Origin: Euprymna scolopes
Taxonomy: Eukaryota
Assembly (NCBI GenBank): GCA_053919585.1
Contig: CM132809.1
Strand: one strand, 5' to 3'
Length of the DNA stretch: 64,000 nucleotides
Below are positions 51,960 to 64,000 of the stretch, one piece after another. The notes beneath the pieces were generated by a model, which saw only the letters and a list, made by a program, of their open reading frames with translations, was not told the DNA's origin and ran no database searches. Made by a program: the position numbers and the translations under genes. The number at the start of each line of letters is the position of its first letter. Within the stretch, counting starts at the first letter, position 1.

Positions 51960-54099
51960 GAAAAATTAAGACCTGGTTTCTTGTGGCCTAATACGTTTAT
52001 GCAGTCTTTATAAATAATATGAAGGATGACATTTTAAAAAAAAACATTTAACACTTTTGTGTTGGGGATAACTTTTCTATATAAATTCAACGTAAAATGA
52101 GCACCCACTTTTTGGCCACAAAGCGTTCAACCAGACATGTCATCTCTAGCATGTTTTCAAGTTTGTCAATCGAGTGGGGGTGGATGACAAATATAAACAT
52201 TTTTAGCTTATTTTTTGCGGTGGGGGCGAGAATTACATTTGAAACATAAAATAACGATAAATTTAATTAGTTTTTATGAAATTATTCTGTACTTTCACCT
52301 AACAGTTTTATAAACAGAACGAACCCCAAAATATGACAAATTCAATTTTTTTGTTGGGGGGGGGATTACATTAGAAATATAAATTGACGAAAAAGTCATT
52401 TAATTGTTTTTTTTTTAATTAATTTTTTTAGATCCTTATTTTTTTATTTTTTTCTGCGATCGCACGGGTATTAACTGCTATTTTTATTGAAACAAAAGTC
52501 GTAATGATTTATTGTTAATTACCTTTTCTTTGGGGGGGCTTTCCAGTTCTCAATGTCTTGTTTTTGTTTGATGAAAGACATGTGGGAAAGTGGACATAGA
52601 AGAAAGGGAAAGCAAAACTTCAAATATAATTCCTGTATTTAAAGTAATAGTTATTTAAATATTTCAACATATAATATTATGACCAAAATACAAGCTTCCC
52701 AATAAGGTGCACTCTGGATAGGATCAAAAATAATCCCAGTCATGAAAGATTTCTCCTCCACCGATCGAGGACAGAAAAAGTAATGTAGAACATCAAAACA
52801 GATACTACACTGGGATCTTGTTCCGAAGGGCAAAAATATGTGTGTTTAATCTTTCTTTAATTGTTTGTTCCCTAAATACATATTTGAGTTTTATCAGTAT
52901 TAAATTATATATTGCTTTAAAATTACTTAATTTTACATACATAATATTTATATTTTATATTGAATAAAGTTCGGTTTAAGTATTAATCAAAATGTTCCTT
53001 TTTTTCTTTTTAAAATTCGTTTATTGCTTTTTTTATCAAATGGCCCTCATATAGTACTGACAGTCTGACAAATCTTACCTACATTGCCTGCAGATATTTT
53101 TCAGTTAACAGCCATTCTTCTTACTCTTCCTGCCCGTGGTAAGAGTTAATCCAATATAGTTACTGTATACGTATACTATATACGTAGCGGAGATATCATC
53201 ACTAATATTCGATCCCTGAACACTAGTATATAAAAATATCCCTAAGCAATCATCTGTTCCTGTACCAAGACAAGTAAATTAAAATAATCGAGCAAGTATT
53301 TAGAGCTGATATTATTAACGAAATCTTACAAAATATTTGAAAGATCGACAGTGGCATATAAACAGACTAATATTTTCTGACTCCCACGGCAGTTTCTAAT
53401 CCTATTTTCAACTAATAACACATTGGAAAACATATCACGTTCGCTAATGCTCATTATTCTGTTGTTTGTATCGTTCTTCTCGTCTCCGCCTTTATGTCAG
53501 GATGCCAGATTATAAATCATTTATTTATTATTGCTAAAATTACAACATAAAAAGTGTGGACATTACACGTAAACAGTATCTATTGTCAATGAACTGGAAT
53601 CTAAAAATAGCATTGTTTTATCCATTTTCGGTTTACAGTTTATGTCAATTAAAGGTATTCACATCATGTAAGTCTACATTAAATAGAATTAGTCTAGCAA
53701 CACACGCAGAAATATAAAATCAAGAAGCAAGTGTAAATACAGGTGGCATCTACTAAATAAATCACAGACGTCTATGTGTGTATATAAAAATTGGAAGGAA
53801 ATCGTCAATTATTTCCTGTAGAAATGTCGTTTTCTGTGAACCGAGGTCATGTAAAATCTTAACTTTCCTCACTGTTTACACACATCGCATGGCCGAACGG
53901 TTGTTTTGTTTTGGAATTCTAAACTACCAGAGGTGTAACGTATGTGTCATCGTCGTCCCGTGGATGACATAATATTTTATTGTCTTATCTTTTGCGAGTT
54001 CGCGTCCGGCACGCGTCATTTTTAATAATACCACGATAAGTAGTTTACTCTATACTGTCTTAACACGATAACAATAACCCGCTTATTTTTTAAAACTGC

Positions 54100-54385
54100 T
54101 GTGAGGTAATCAACCTGACGGAGCAATATGCCCTCATTGGGGGGCTTCAGATCCGCCAGGGTCATGAGGAGGGCCGAATAACTATGCTAAAACTGATTTA
54201 ACACCTCCCGGGTAGCGAAATAAACCGAGGAGTTGAAATAGAGAATATAAATATATATTTTATTTCATTGTCAAAATAGATATTTTTTGGAAGTCAGACA
54301 AATATATTTTGCACTCAAAATTGATGACAGGAACTTAAAACACTAACATAACACTGTCTTGCCTTAGCGAACTCGACGGTCAGTC
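54100..54385 (+). repeat. 5' LTR
   Basis: TGTGAGGTAATCAACCTGA...CACTGTCTTGCCTTAGCGAACTCGA matches 57165-57442; exact 3' end unclear. Confidence 0.8.
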
Positions 54386-55329
54386 GTTAAGAATTTAAAA
54401 CTTCCGAGAGTTGTGTTTTTATGTATTCAGACGAGAATAATTGCAAATATAACTTGCTGAGATTTAAATAAATTTTTAAAAAATTGCTTTTGTTACCTCA
54501 GTCTGGAAAGGATTTCAATTATTAAACTGAACATCATTAGTGAGAGTTCATCCAAGAATAATTAAAAGCGTTACTTTCCGATATTAAATTGACCTTAGGG
54601 AAGAATTAAAATTCTGCCTCAGTCGGAAGGATTTCAATTTGCGAAATAAGAGTAAAAAAGCCGCATTTTAAGCGGGGATTACTTTGAATTAATTATTAAT
54701 ATCAATGAGTCAAGTGATAACTAAATTAAGTGCACTCAATTTGTGCGCAAAAAGCGATTTATATTTTTAGATGGATTTTTCCATTGCGAGTAAATCAGGT
54801 GCGTGATGTTCGCACCTGGAGATATCATTTGGAAAAAAAGGACAGAGATTCTCGTGTGATAGCGAGGCGTTGCTGAGTCTCCGTGAAGGGCGCGACCTGC
54901 GAGGTCGTTAAAGATTACGCATTTTAGTAATTAATTTTGAACAATTAGTTGGAATGAATTCCGGAACGTTTCAACTGGACTGTTGGGATAGGCAGTGATT
55001 GTGGTTGCTCAGCCCTTCGTATTACTTAGTGTGTCTGAGCAGGGCCCCCCTCGGGCACATTCTTTGAGTGAGGCGCTGGGGGCATAGTTAACATTTTATA
55101 ATTTTTATATGTGTTTGAATTATCGAACCCGGTTCGATAAATCGAGGAATCGTGTTTTCTTAAAAACGGAAGGATGGCACCTCCGACCTTCGGATCCCTG
55201 TAATAAATTAGGGAGGAAGAAGAACGGTGACGACTCAATGGAGTTCTTTTTATTGGGTGTGGTGACTGAGGACGGTCTTGATGTTAAATGCAACCGGAAC
55301 CATACGTTGCTCTTGATGTATCAGTTGGA

Positions 55330-56130
55330 CGATTGAGTCGCTGCTTGATCCATTTCTTCCTGTCGTTGTAGGAGTGAGCACGATCAAGTTATTTCTCCAC
55401 CCGTTCCATATTCACTGGACATACCCAAGTTATGCTGTTGAATCAGCGAGAGGCAGGAATATGCCGAAATTATGGTCTTGGAATGTGTCGCTCACAGAGT
55501 TCGTTGTATGTCACTGGAGATCATGAGTTGTGTATGTTGGGATTATTTCAGGAAGATAAAAGAGCGATAAATAGCGTCTGCAAGGTTGAAGTGGCAAGTA
55601 AAGGTATTTTGCCACTGCCTATAAAAGTAGCTGAAGTCATCTGGTTAATATCCACGCAACAGAAGATGGAATTGTCCAAGGTATGCGGTAACACGGCTGC
55701 TGGGATAATCAAGGTGGGACCACCTTTAACGATGGTAGAGCTACACAGGGGTTGTGAAGCCCGGGGAACGGGTATAGTGTTATCTGCGTATTATCAGGTT
55801 GAGGAACGGTATGTATTAAAAGCACTTGACGTAGAGTGGGCGAATAACCAATTGATTAACCTCACTGGCCTCTGAGACCCCTTGATCCATTGTTCATCGC
55901 CACATACCCGAATTAGGCTACCAAAAGCATAGGGAGGAGTTAGAAAAATAGATTTGAGTGAATTGCAGGCCCGATTAAACAGCCTGGAGCTTATAGAAGC
56001 TAGGGATATGCTTCATAAGATAGTGGTTACAGGAGCGGAAGTGAGCACGCTAGTAACGGTAATTGTGCTGTTGTTGGTGATTGGATGGTACGTGAAAAGA
56101 GCGAATGTAGGAAGAGAGCAGGATTATTAG
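55330..56130 (+). pseudogene. Envelope fusion glycoprotein (baculovirus F / errantivirus env-like), C-terminal half, disrupted
   Basis: Cys-spaced ectodomain ORF 55432-55875. Reading through TGA (55873) and TAG (55930) in frame gives LPKA*GGVRKIDLSELQARLNSLE (heptad-like), then TM STLVTVIVLLLVIGWYV followed by KR. Confidence 0.7.
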
Positions 56131-57164
56131 CATCTCGAGGCTGATTGTACAGATGGCGGGAGAGAGACTGGTTCGAACCCGCCGGTGATTCTGGAAAATG
56201 CGGCTACTGGTATTAACGAAAATGAGACGCAACCCGAATGCCTCCCTTATGCGGGAACCCAAAGGAACTGAAGACGACTTGAAGAACTTCTTTTCTTTTC
56301 TTTCTGTTTTACCCAAAAATCTTGCAGGACATATAAACTAAGAAACGTCGAAGAAAGATCCCAACGATACCTTGAATGGCCGTCTATTGAGGTGAGAAGA
56401 TTCCTCGGTGAAAGAAATCCTTACAAGATGCTTATGAAGGAGATTTGAATTGTGATATAAAAGTGAAGGTTCAACTATGACGGCTTAAGGTGAGAAAGGT
56501 TCCCCTAGCTTTATAAAAAAGCGGGTCCTTTGAGAACCCTGATTAAGGCTGCGTACCTTTTATTACGAGACTGTACTCTTGATAGCAGCAAGGTTAAAAA
56601 ATCTTGTAAATTGTGACTTACCCTCTATGGAAAAAACTAAAATTGAACAATGATTGAATTGATGGAAAAATGGGGAAATGGGAATAACTCTTAAAAGACC
56701 GTGGAATAAGAAAGTGGAACAGATTTTAAACAAGGGAAGTAACACTTATGAGCTAATTGATGGACTTGTTGCATTTTATTGAGTGACAATTTTTAAATGA
56801 TGATTATCTTATCGTTGAATTATTAATGTGAATTGAAAAAAAAGAATATACAAACAAGAAACAATGTTCTTGTGAAAAAAAGACATTCTATTAGCCTTGA
56901 TGAACTTTGAACTTTTACATTTTTATGATCTTAGGACTTTTATGAATTGACTTTTTTATGAACATTGGAATGAAACAGGGGGAGAAACCTGATTAAGTGT
57001 GGATATTGGATTGTATGTATGTTATCTTTTTGACAGATAATTTGATGATGGAGATAAGGGTCTGTGGAAAAATCTGACGGCGAATTGTGAAAAGAGATGG
57101 GGCGATGTATTGAGGAATAGGACTCCATGGGTTCTACGAAGCAATATAGTCTAATGGGAGCGAA

Positions 57165-57463
57165 TGTGGCGTAATCAACCTGAGGGAGCAATTTGCCCTC
57201 ATTGGAGAGTTTTAGATCCCATCAGGTGTCTGAGGAGATCTGAATAACTATGCTAAAACCGTTTTAATCAATCCCGGATGGCGAACGATAACCCGAGGAC
57301 TTGAAATAGAGAATATTAATATATATTATATTTCATTGTCAAAATAGATATTGTTTGAAAGTCAGAGAAATATATTTTGATTTAAAATTGATGGCAGGAA
57401 CATAGAACAAAACATAACACTGTCTAGCCTTAGCGAACTCGAAAGTAAGATGTCAGACTGACA
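57165..57463 (+). repeat. 3' LTR
   Basis: Begins TGTGGCGTAATCAACCTGA, ends ...CTGACA; preceded by AATGGGAGCGAA (PPT-like). Confidence 0.8.
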
Positions 57464-58559
57464 GGGATGACCTTAGGGCTCATGTGAATTTAATATATCT
57501 GTAAATTTCAGATCACAAAATTGGTGGATTACACACCCGCAAAATCTGAGGTTTTTCCAGATTCCTTGGCGTGATCTGTTTGGCTAAGAAAACTTCCAAC
57601 CCCGACCACACACCACTATTCACGTGTGTCGCGCGGAAATCGAAGCACTTTACGAACGAGTGTGTGCGCAAACGCGAAGTAAACTACTGTCCCTCTGGAG
57701 ACGTGACCGCTCCTACAAAATACCGTCTGACGCTGTCTGTAAACAGATTTGAGGCTTTTAAAATTTACTAAGAACTGACGATAATTGTAAAAAAAAACAT
57801 TGTAAATAAGTTTGTGAATTAATTCTGTAGAAGAGAATTCACGTGTCTGTTTTTCGTTCTGCCTGCGGCTTTAATATTCGCTTTCAGAATACAGGATTCA
57901 ATGTAACAACCTTCAAGAAAATAGCAGACGATCCGAGCCGAGTTCCCAGACAAAAAGGGGTCCAAGTTGAGCTTTATCAGTGTGGCGTTACACTTCTCAA
58001 CAGTCGCGGTCCTTTATTATTTTTGTGTGTTCATCTATTTTACATTGTTATGCAGAATGTTCGTGTTTCTCCCCGTATTTCAACGACCGGGTAATACCCA
58101 TCCCCTCATGCCATATAGTATTTTTTGAAAATTAAACTATATTCATGTGGCTTTTCGACCGGCAATGCTTACTCCCTTTTAACTGTCAATTTTGTTCTAC
58201 GAAGGCGCAACGCAGGGCGCCCCCCACAAGTCCAATATACATGGGAAATTAAGAAACTTACTATAAAAATGTCCACGAAATCAAAAAGTTATGTTACACA
58301 CTTTTACTGTGTGCAAGTTTCCGTATTCCCAAAGCGCAAAAAAAAAAAATTGCACTGATGTCTCAGCCGGTACCTCACAACATGTGTCACGTCATAGCTC
58401 CTATCAAAATATGTGTCTCTTTCAAGCAACCGAGTTGGTGAAAGTTCAAAAGCGTAAGATTGATGAAGAAGCGCTTTCCAACAGAGCTGTTGTCGCTACT
58501 GTGTGAAACCGTGTGTTTTCAGGATACAAGATGATTCGTTCTGATTCATGATCTTGGTG

Positions 58560-58820
58560 TGCTTTTTTACGTCTATTTAGATGCGCTTCATCAGTTCAGA
58601 TTAATTGGCATTGTTCACTGTGCTTCGTTTCTATTCATGTTCGTAGAGCCTAACCCATGCTTCGTCACATATTACCACCTTCTTCAGCAACTCAATATAA
58701 CCGTTCTTATAGCGGAAGAGATAATGCTAAAAAGAACTCGAATTTCCTCTGTTTGTGATCTGCAGTAAGCACCATCAACATTATCCGGTAGCTGACCTTC
58801 AGTGTAGCCAACGTACATTC
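58560..58820 (-). mobile_element. Mariner transposase fragment
   Basis: Minus strand VLTADHKQR and LLKKVVICDEAWVRLYEHE*KRS resemble mariner LTxxHK and IVTGDETWV..Y.PE.KR. Confidence 0.55.
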
Positions 58821-60689
58821 TATTTGTTTAAAAAAAAACAATACAAAATGTAATTTACCCATAAATACTCGAATGTCCTTTCCCTCGCATGTATGAACAG
58901 CTTATTCATTGTTCACATATGCGCGTTTTATTTTTCATAAAAATAACAAGAGTCAAAGTATGGAATCTAAGACAACGTATACAATACGTTCGGTTATTTG
59001 CGTATGTTCTTTAAAAAACTTATTTACGTGATCTTCATATGCTTCTTCGCTACATACAGTATTATTTTATTTACTATTAAGAATATTCATTTTAATTGCC
59101 AAATGAGTCATCATTTNNNNNNNNNNNNNNNNNNNNNNNNNNNNNNNNNNNNNNNNNNNNNNNNNNNNNNNNNNNNNNNNNNNNNNNNNNNNNNNNNNNN
59201 NNNNNNNNNNNNNNNNNNNNNNNNNNNNNNNNNNNNNNNNNNNNNNNNNNNNNNNNNNNNNNNNAAAACTTAACAATTTCACCATACCTTTCGTTACCGT
59301 CCTCTACTTTCCTTAGCCTTTCGTCACCTTAACTAGCAAGAAACATGAATAGATTTTAACTATTATAATATGGTGTGTTAAAAAAAGACAATATAGTAAT
59401 TTGTATATTGTACTTGATTTTCGATTTAAGACTTTAGCCTGTAAAAACTGGGCAAAACGTAGTGCTCTTTGACTGTTGTAGCTTTATTCCAATATATTAG
59501 TTGAATACGTTTATATTTGTGTTCAATTTTGCATTAAATTGAAATTCATATTAACCTACAATAATTATAACTCCGTTTAGATCAGAGATTTTAATACATA
59601 GTTCGTTGCAATTTATCATAACTAACGTCATATATGCAGCATAAGCGGCCGAGTAATTTTCGAAAAATATTGAACAAAGAGACAGATTAAATGAAATCTA
59701 ACCGCGTTGTTTGTATGAAATCAAATAGAATGTCGGAAAAAGGCTGAAAATGCAATATACTCGGATCTCGTATTATTTGGATTATTCAGACGTAAATCCC
59801 ATAATGTTTCAGTCGATGCAATCTCTGGTTACCTTCCGGTTTCCTTCGTGTTACTATAACATGTTCAAGGAATTGTTATAGGGAGTATTGTAATGCACTG
59901 AGGATTGAACCTAACAATTCAATATGATAGATACTTAGAATTTATTAATGTATTTAACTGTTATATTCGGACAGTCCACAGGGTTAAATAATTATCAAGA
60001 TGATTACCAAAAACTATATTTGTAATAAACATTGGGCATTTTGAAACTTTCTTTTTTATTTCGAAAACATCGCTATTCTAATTTTTATTAAGAGAATTGT
60101 TTCAGTGGAAAAAGAAACTATCTGAAATGCCAGCTATTCAATTAAGGTGAGAACGCGGAACACATCAGATGGACACGTCGATGCGAAGATTGATATGGTG
60201 AGTTAAACAAACCGGCACCACGGAACGCTTAAATAATGGACTTCTACACCATTCGATGAAGTATTGCTCTCGTTCATACGTTTCCTTCTTTGCTGCGTTA
60301 TTGATGGCGCCAACTAACTGCTATATTTCATTCGGTCCTTGACAAACAATTCGACCAAACGCAGGCAAAAGAAAACGTATTCGACCGATAAAAGAAGACA
60401 TAAAAAGGAATTTGCATACGCGGAGAAGCATAACACACTCAGTTGAAACTAAAGAAAAACAAGTCTTGCAATCACGAGAATAATAAAACTAAAAACGGAA
60501 ATAACTGGACGTTTACGATTTATGCACATACACGTTGCTTTTTGATACCGAGGAAACATGTCAAGTGATTCCTTTTCTTTTATATAACGTTTACCTAAAC
60601 CTAACTATATACAAGATCATAGGTTGCTATATAAAAGGTTGAAAGGGACGTTCTTGCAGTTTTCAACTTAAATTCAGATAAACAGCTCT

Positions 60690-61712
60690 CGGTTCAAATA
60701 AAAAAAGTATTCATCAAAACAAGGCAACATCGGAATAAACAAACTTTTTCAAACGCACAAGAAATGTATAAATGTTGCGTTTTGTTAGCGATGAAATCGC
60801 TAAAAGCGTTTTTGATAATGCTTATTCCCTTGAAGCATTTCTCATGCCAAAAGTTGGCTAGATGAAAAAAAAGTTGTAGTCGGTAGGTGAGAGGGCTGGA
60901 GAGAATGGTGGATGAGGCAGTGTTTGTAGCCAAATTCATTCAACTTCTGCGGGGTCTGGTTAGCAACGTGCATTCTGAAAATTGTCATAGAGGAGAACTG
61001 TTTTTTTTTCTGTTGATCAATGCTGTTATCGAAGTTTATGATAAAGTTTATCCATTAGATGAGAGTACTTCTCCGAAGTAATGGTTTCGCCTGGATTAAA
61101 AATCAATAATAGATGGGTCGCCGACCACCAGGCAGTTAACATGATATTCGTTTGGAGCAACTGACTTCGGAAAGTATTGTGGAGCTTCGTCGAAGTCTAA
61201 TCACTAAGCTGAGCATCGTCGGAGTCTAATCACTAAGCTGAGAATCGTCGGTTATCGTAAAGTACTCACTTTTCATTGCAAGTCACAAACCGATCGAGAA
61301 AAGGCTCGTTCTTTTTGCGTAAAAGGAAAACTGTTAATTAAAACCAACTTTTGTTCGGTTGTTGCTCAATATGTGTGGCATTTATTTATCAAAGTTTTGT
61401 CTTTCCAATGTCGCTCCAAATGTTGCGAAATCGTATACGTTACATCTATATTAGAAAAATGTTCCCGACCAGTTATGCGTGGATTGGCTTGGAATAATGC
61501 TCTTAATTGATCGTTGTCAACATCGGATGCCGACCAATACGCTCATCATCTTCAAGACTCAGGTTGCATCCACGTAACTTTCTAAAATCACCCTTGGTCT
61601 GTGCATTCGGTAGCCGTTTGTGGTTAAACGCTCTGTTGATATCGCGAGCTATTTCAGCAGCGGACTACTTTGAATTGAAATAAGAAAATTGTCGGAATTT
61701 ACATTTTTTCTG
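60690..61712 (-). mobile_element. Mariner (Hsmar1/cecropia-like) transposase pseudogene
   Basis: TIFLFQFK..AAEIARDINRAF, SLEDDERIGR, DVDNDQLRALFQANPR, KNEPFLDRFVTCNEK*VLYDNRR; 29 bp internal duplication at ~61193-61251. Confidence 0.85.
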
Positions 61713-61984
61713 TTTTGAATTCTACGTTCTCAAACAAGACATAGTTATGTTAAAACGATTGTAATTTTAAGGATTAGATAGAGACACGGACTTTCTTCAA
61801 AATAATATTAAATATATAGGTATTACAATGAAAACATATTTGACAATACTCCATTTTAAATATAAAAAGAATTTGCCAGAAATTTCGCGTCAATAAAATA
61901 CATTATAAACTATTTTTTAAAAGTAAAATATTTAGATATATTTACCTGTCATTTTCATATGAGAAAAATACTTTTTTCTTGTAT

Positions 61985-62535
61985 TTCGCGCTATTTAGAT
62001 GATTAACGCTGTTTGCTTGCCAAAAATATTTGTAAATAAACGGTTTGAGCATTATAAAAATAGTGGGCAAATATTTGTTTAAAATAGACATTTGTCAGTA
62101 TTTGCGGGGTCTGCTCCAGTAGGTCGATGGGTAGAACTGCCGATGGTCAACGCTATGGTTCTAGGTTCAATCCTCGGCTTGGAAGACGTGCTAGTCTACC
62201 AGGACTGTTGAGTTGTAATACAATGGAACTGTACTGTATCTCGATGACTACAAATACATTTAAGCCCCCCCTTTCAGGAGAACACTGTCGTAAATAATCT
62301 CGCCCGCTACTTAATTAGCTGAAAATGTGAGTCTTGCTGTTTGTTTGTAAATAAACGGTGAGCACTATAAAAGTAGTGGACGAATGTTTGTTTAAACAAG
62401 AAATTTGTCGAGGTTATTTGTCGACACCGCTCCCGTTAGTTGATGGCTAGAACTGCCGATTGTCAACGCGATGGTCCTAGGTCCAAACCTCGGTTTGGGA
62501 GAGGTGCTAGTCTAGCGGCACTGATGAGTTCTGAT

Positions 62536-62536
<1 letters not shown>
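61985..62536 (+). mobile_element. Tandem ~328 bp units, each with a tRNA-like Pol III cassette followed by a hammerhead-like motif
   Basis: 62008-62215 repeats at 62336-62535; A-box-like TAGGTCGATGG and B-box GGTTCAATCC; CTG(A/T)TGA core after each tRNA-like segment. Confidence 0.65.
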
Positions 62537-62578
<42 letters not shown>

Positions 62579-62857
62579 TTACGCTTTTGGTCCTGGGGCA
62601 TGGATAACTCTATTAAAATTATGAAAAGTGGGAGATTCATTTTGTTCATCTCATTTTCTAGCTCGACCCACTAATCTCTCTGACTCTACTTCGCACATTT
62701 TCAACATACTCTACTCTATTACCTTTAAGTCCCCCTATTGCCTGACATTTTCTCTCGTTGCACTTTGCTTTAATTCTAACATTTCTATAACTCTATCACA
62801 TTTAGTTTTTCTAAAAAAAAATTCTCTTGCTTTCTGTTCTTACGGAAATTAAATCAA

Positions 62858-63087
62858 CCCCACCACCATAGCCTGAAACCTCTAAGGGGCATAGGCCATT
62901 TAAAACTTTGTAGATGCTTTGTGAACGACTGAGTTCTTTTTAGGGTAGGGTGCTAGCCCCACACCCAACTTTCCCACAAGGTACAACGCCTTGTCTTCCC
63001 AAATGCTCACCCATCTGGTACTGACCAGGCTCGACGTTGCTTAACTTCTGACGAGAACCGGTGTGTCAATGTGATTCTGCCGTACAT
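62858..63087 (-). mobile_element. 5S rRNA-derived SINE (SINE3-type) with RTE-like body and tail
   Basis: 62979-63087 on the minus strand aligns to 5S rRNA (ACACCGGTTCTCGTC..GAAGTTAAGCAACGTCGAGCCTGGTCAGTAC..GATGGGTGA); followed by GTTGGGTGTGGGGCTAGCACCCTACCC and GGCCTATGCCCC...(TGG)n. Confidence 0.75.
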
Positions 63088-63459
63088 ACGAAAATTAAAT
63101 GATTGAGAAATATTATTAACTCGGATTGCCCTGGTTGACATAAAATTCGGTTTGGATACAGCTGATGTACTAAGAATATGCAGCAACTCACAGAAAGAAA
63201 TAAAAACGGAAGAGGCAGGTGACAACTGATAACAGCGAGCGCCCTTGTGACCACAAAAAAATAATAGTCGCCCTAGGCAAACAGACTTGGAACTGAAATG
63301 TGAATGAGGGAAAAACGTTATTGGCAAACGCGTTTGCCTATCAAACCACAACGACTGACCTTCCAAAATAACGTTTTTAAACATACTTTTAGTTTCCTCT
63401 TGAGCTCCTACCAAGAAATGGGCCAGAGTTATAATACTTTTTTTCTAATTCTCGCAGAT

Positions 63460-63622
63460 TATGCCCCAGAGAGATCGCTCTTTCAGATAAAACCGATTTC
63501 GATCAGGTCCCATGCGGCGGACGAAAGATGCTAGTGGACATACGAACACACATACGCGCACGCACGCAACAACACATACACACAACAACACACTAACCGA
63601 CGTTCGAAATTTATATGATAGA
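63460..63622 (-). mobile_element. Possible Helitron 5'-end fragment
   Basis: Minus strand TCTATCATATAAATTTCG followed by a GT-rich microsatellite, as in the other Helitrons; no 3' CTRR or hairpin found. Confidence 0.3.
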
Positions 63623-64000
63623 AAATTACATAACTTATCTATTAATATACTGACGCGTTTAAATAAGGANNNNNNNNNNNNNNNNNNNNNNNNNNNNNNN
63701 NNNNNNNNNNNNNNNNNNNNNNNNNNNNNNNNNNNNNNNNNNNNNNNNNNNNNNNNNNNNNNNNNNNNNNNNNNNNNNNNNNNNNNNNNNNNNNNNNNNN
63801 NNNNNNNNNNNNNNNNNNNNNNNNNNNNNNNNNNNNNNNNNNNNNNNNNNNNNNNNNNAGGCATTTTGTTTTGTGTTGCATATCGCTATTCGATATTTGT
63901 AACTATACCTAGGAAATATAAAAAAAAAGGTTATTTGTTTACGTTACACTAACGCCTCTCCATATCAGTAAAACCAAGGAAGCAGATAGCCGGAAGAAAA

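Larger units (their letters stand above)
54100..57463 (+). mobile_element. LTR retroelement carrying an env-like gene remnant, with no gag/pol visible
   Basis: Diverged direct repeats of ~280-300 bp at both ends starting TGTG; purine-rich tract before the 3' copy; internal fusion-glycoprotein-like frame. Confidence 0.8.

Noticed and set aside
53075-53220. Candidate exons on either strand (AG...GTAAG)
   Set aside because: The minus-strand version has stops in all frames; the plus-strand version is very short and unrecognisable
62979-63087. Functional 5S rRNA gene
   Set aside because: Internal deletion, many substitutions, no oligo-T terminator, and fusion to a SINE-like tail

Overview
AT-rich, repeat-dense animal genomic DNA with seven N-gaps and many (TA)n, (TAA)n and (GTAT)n microsatellites. 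It is probably an invertebrate; a cephalopod is my inference from recalled SINE and non-LTR 3' ends. I can identify no intact host protein-coding gene. Most recognisable sequence is decayed transposable elements: CR1-group LINEs (APE+RT), R4/Dong-type RLE retrotransposon ends sitting in (TAA)n, Penelope-like elements (PLEs) flanked by (TA)n, Tc1/mariner relics, non-autonomous Helitrons, MITE/foldback elements, SINEs (one 5S-derived) and a tRNA-Cys pseudogene. There is also a ~1.6 kb 27-31 bp satellite and an 18 bp minisatellite. Highlights: (1) a ~3.4 kb LTR element with an F-type envelope (fusion glycoprotein) pseudogene but no visible gag/pol; (2) two intact-looking type I hammerhead ribozymes downstream of PLE ORFs; (3) a ~328 bp tandem unit joining a tRNA-like Pol III promoter to a degenerate hammerhead (retrozyme/Sm-alpha-like); (4) a Naiad-like PLE with TGA at a conserved zinc-finger Cys, possibly a selenocysteine relic; (5) a highly structured ~180 nt leader ahead of a LINE endonuclease. 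All family calls are by-eye motif recognition; no searches were run.
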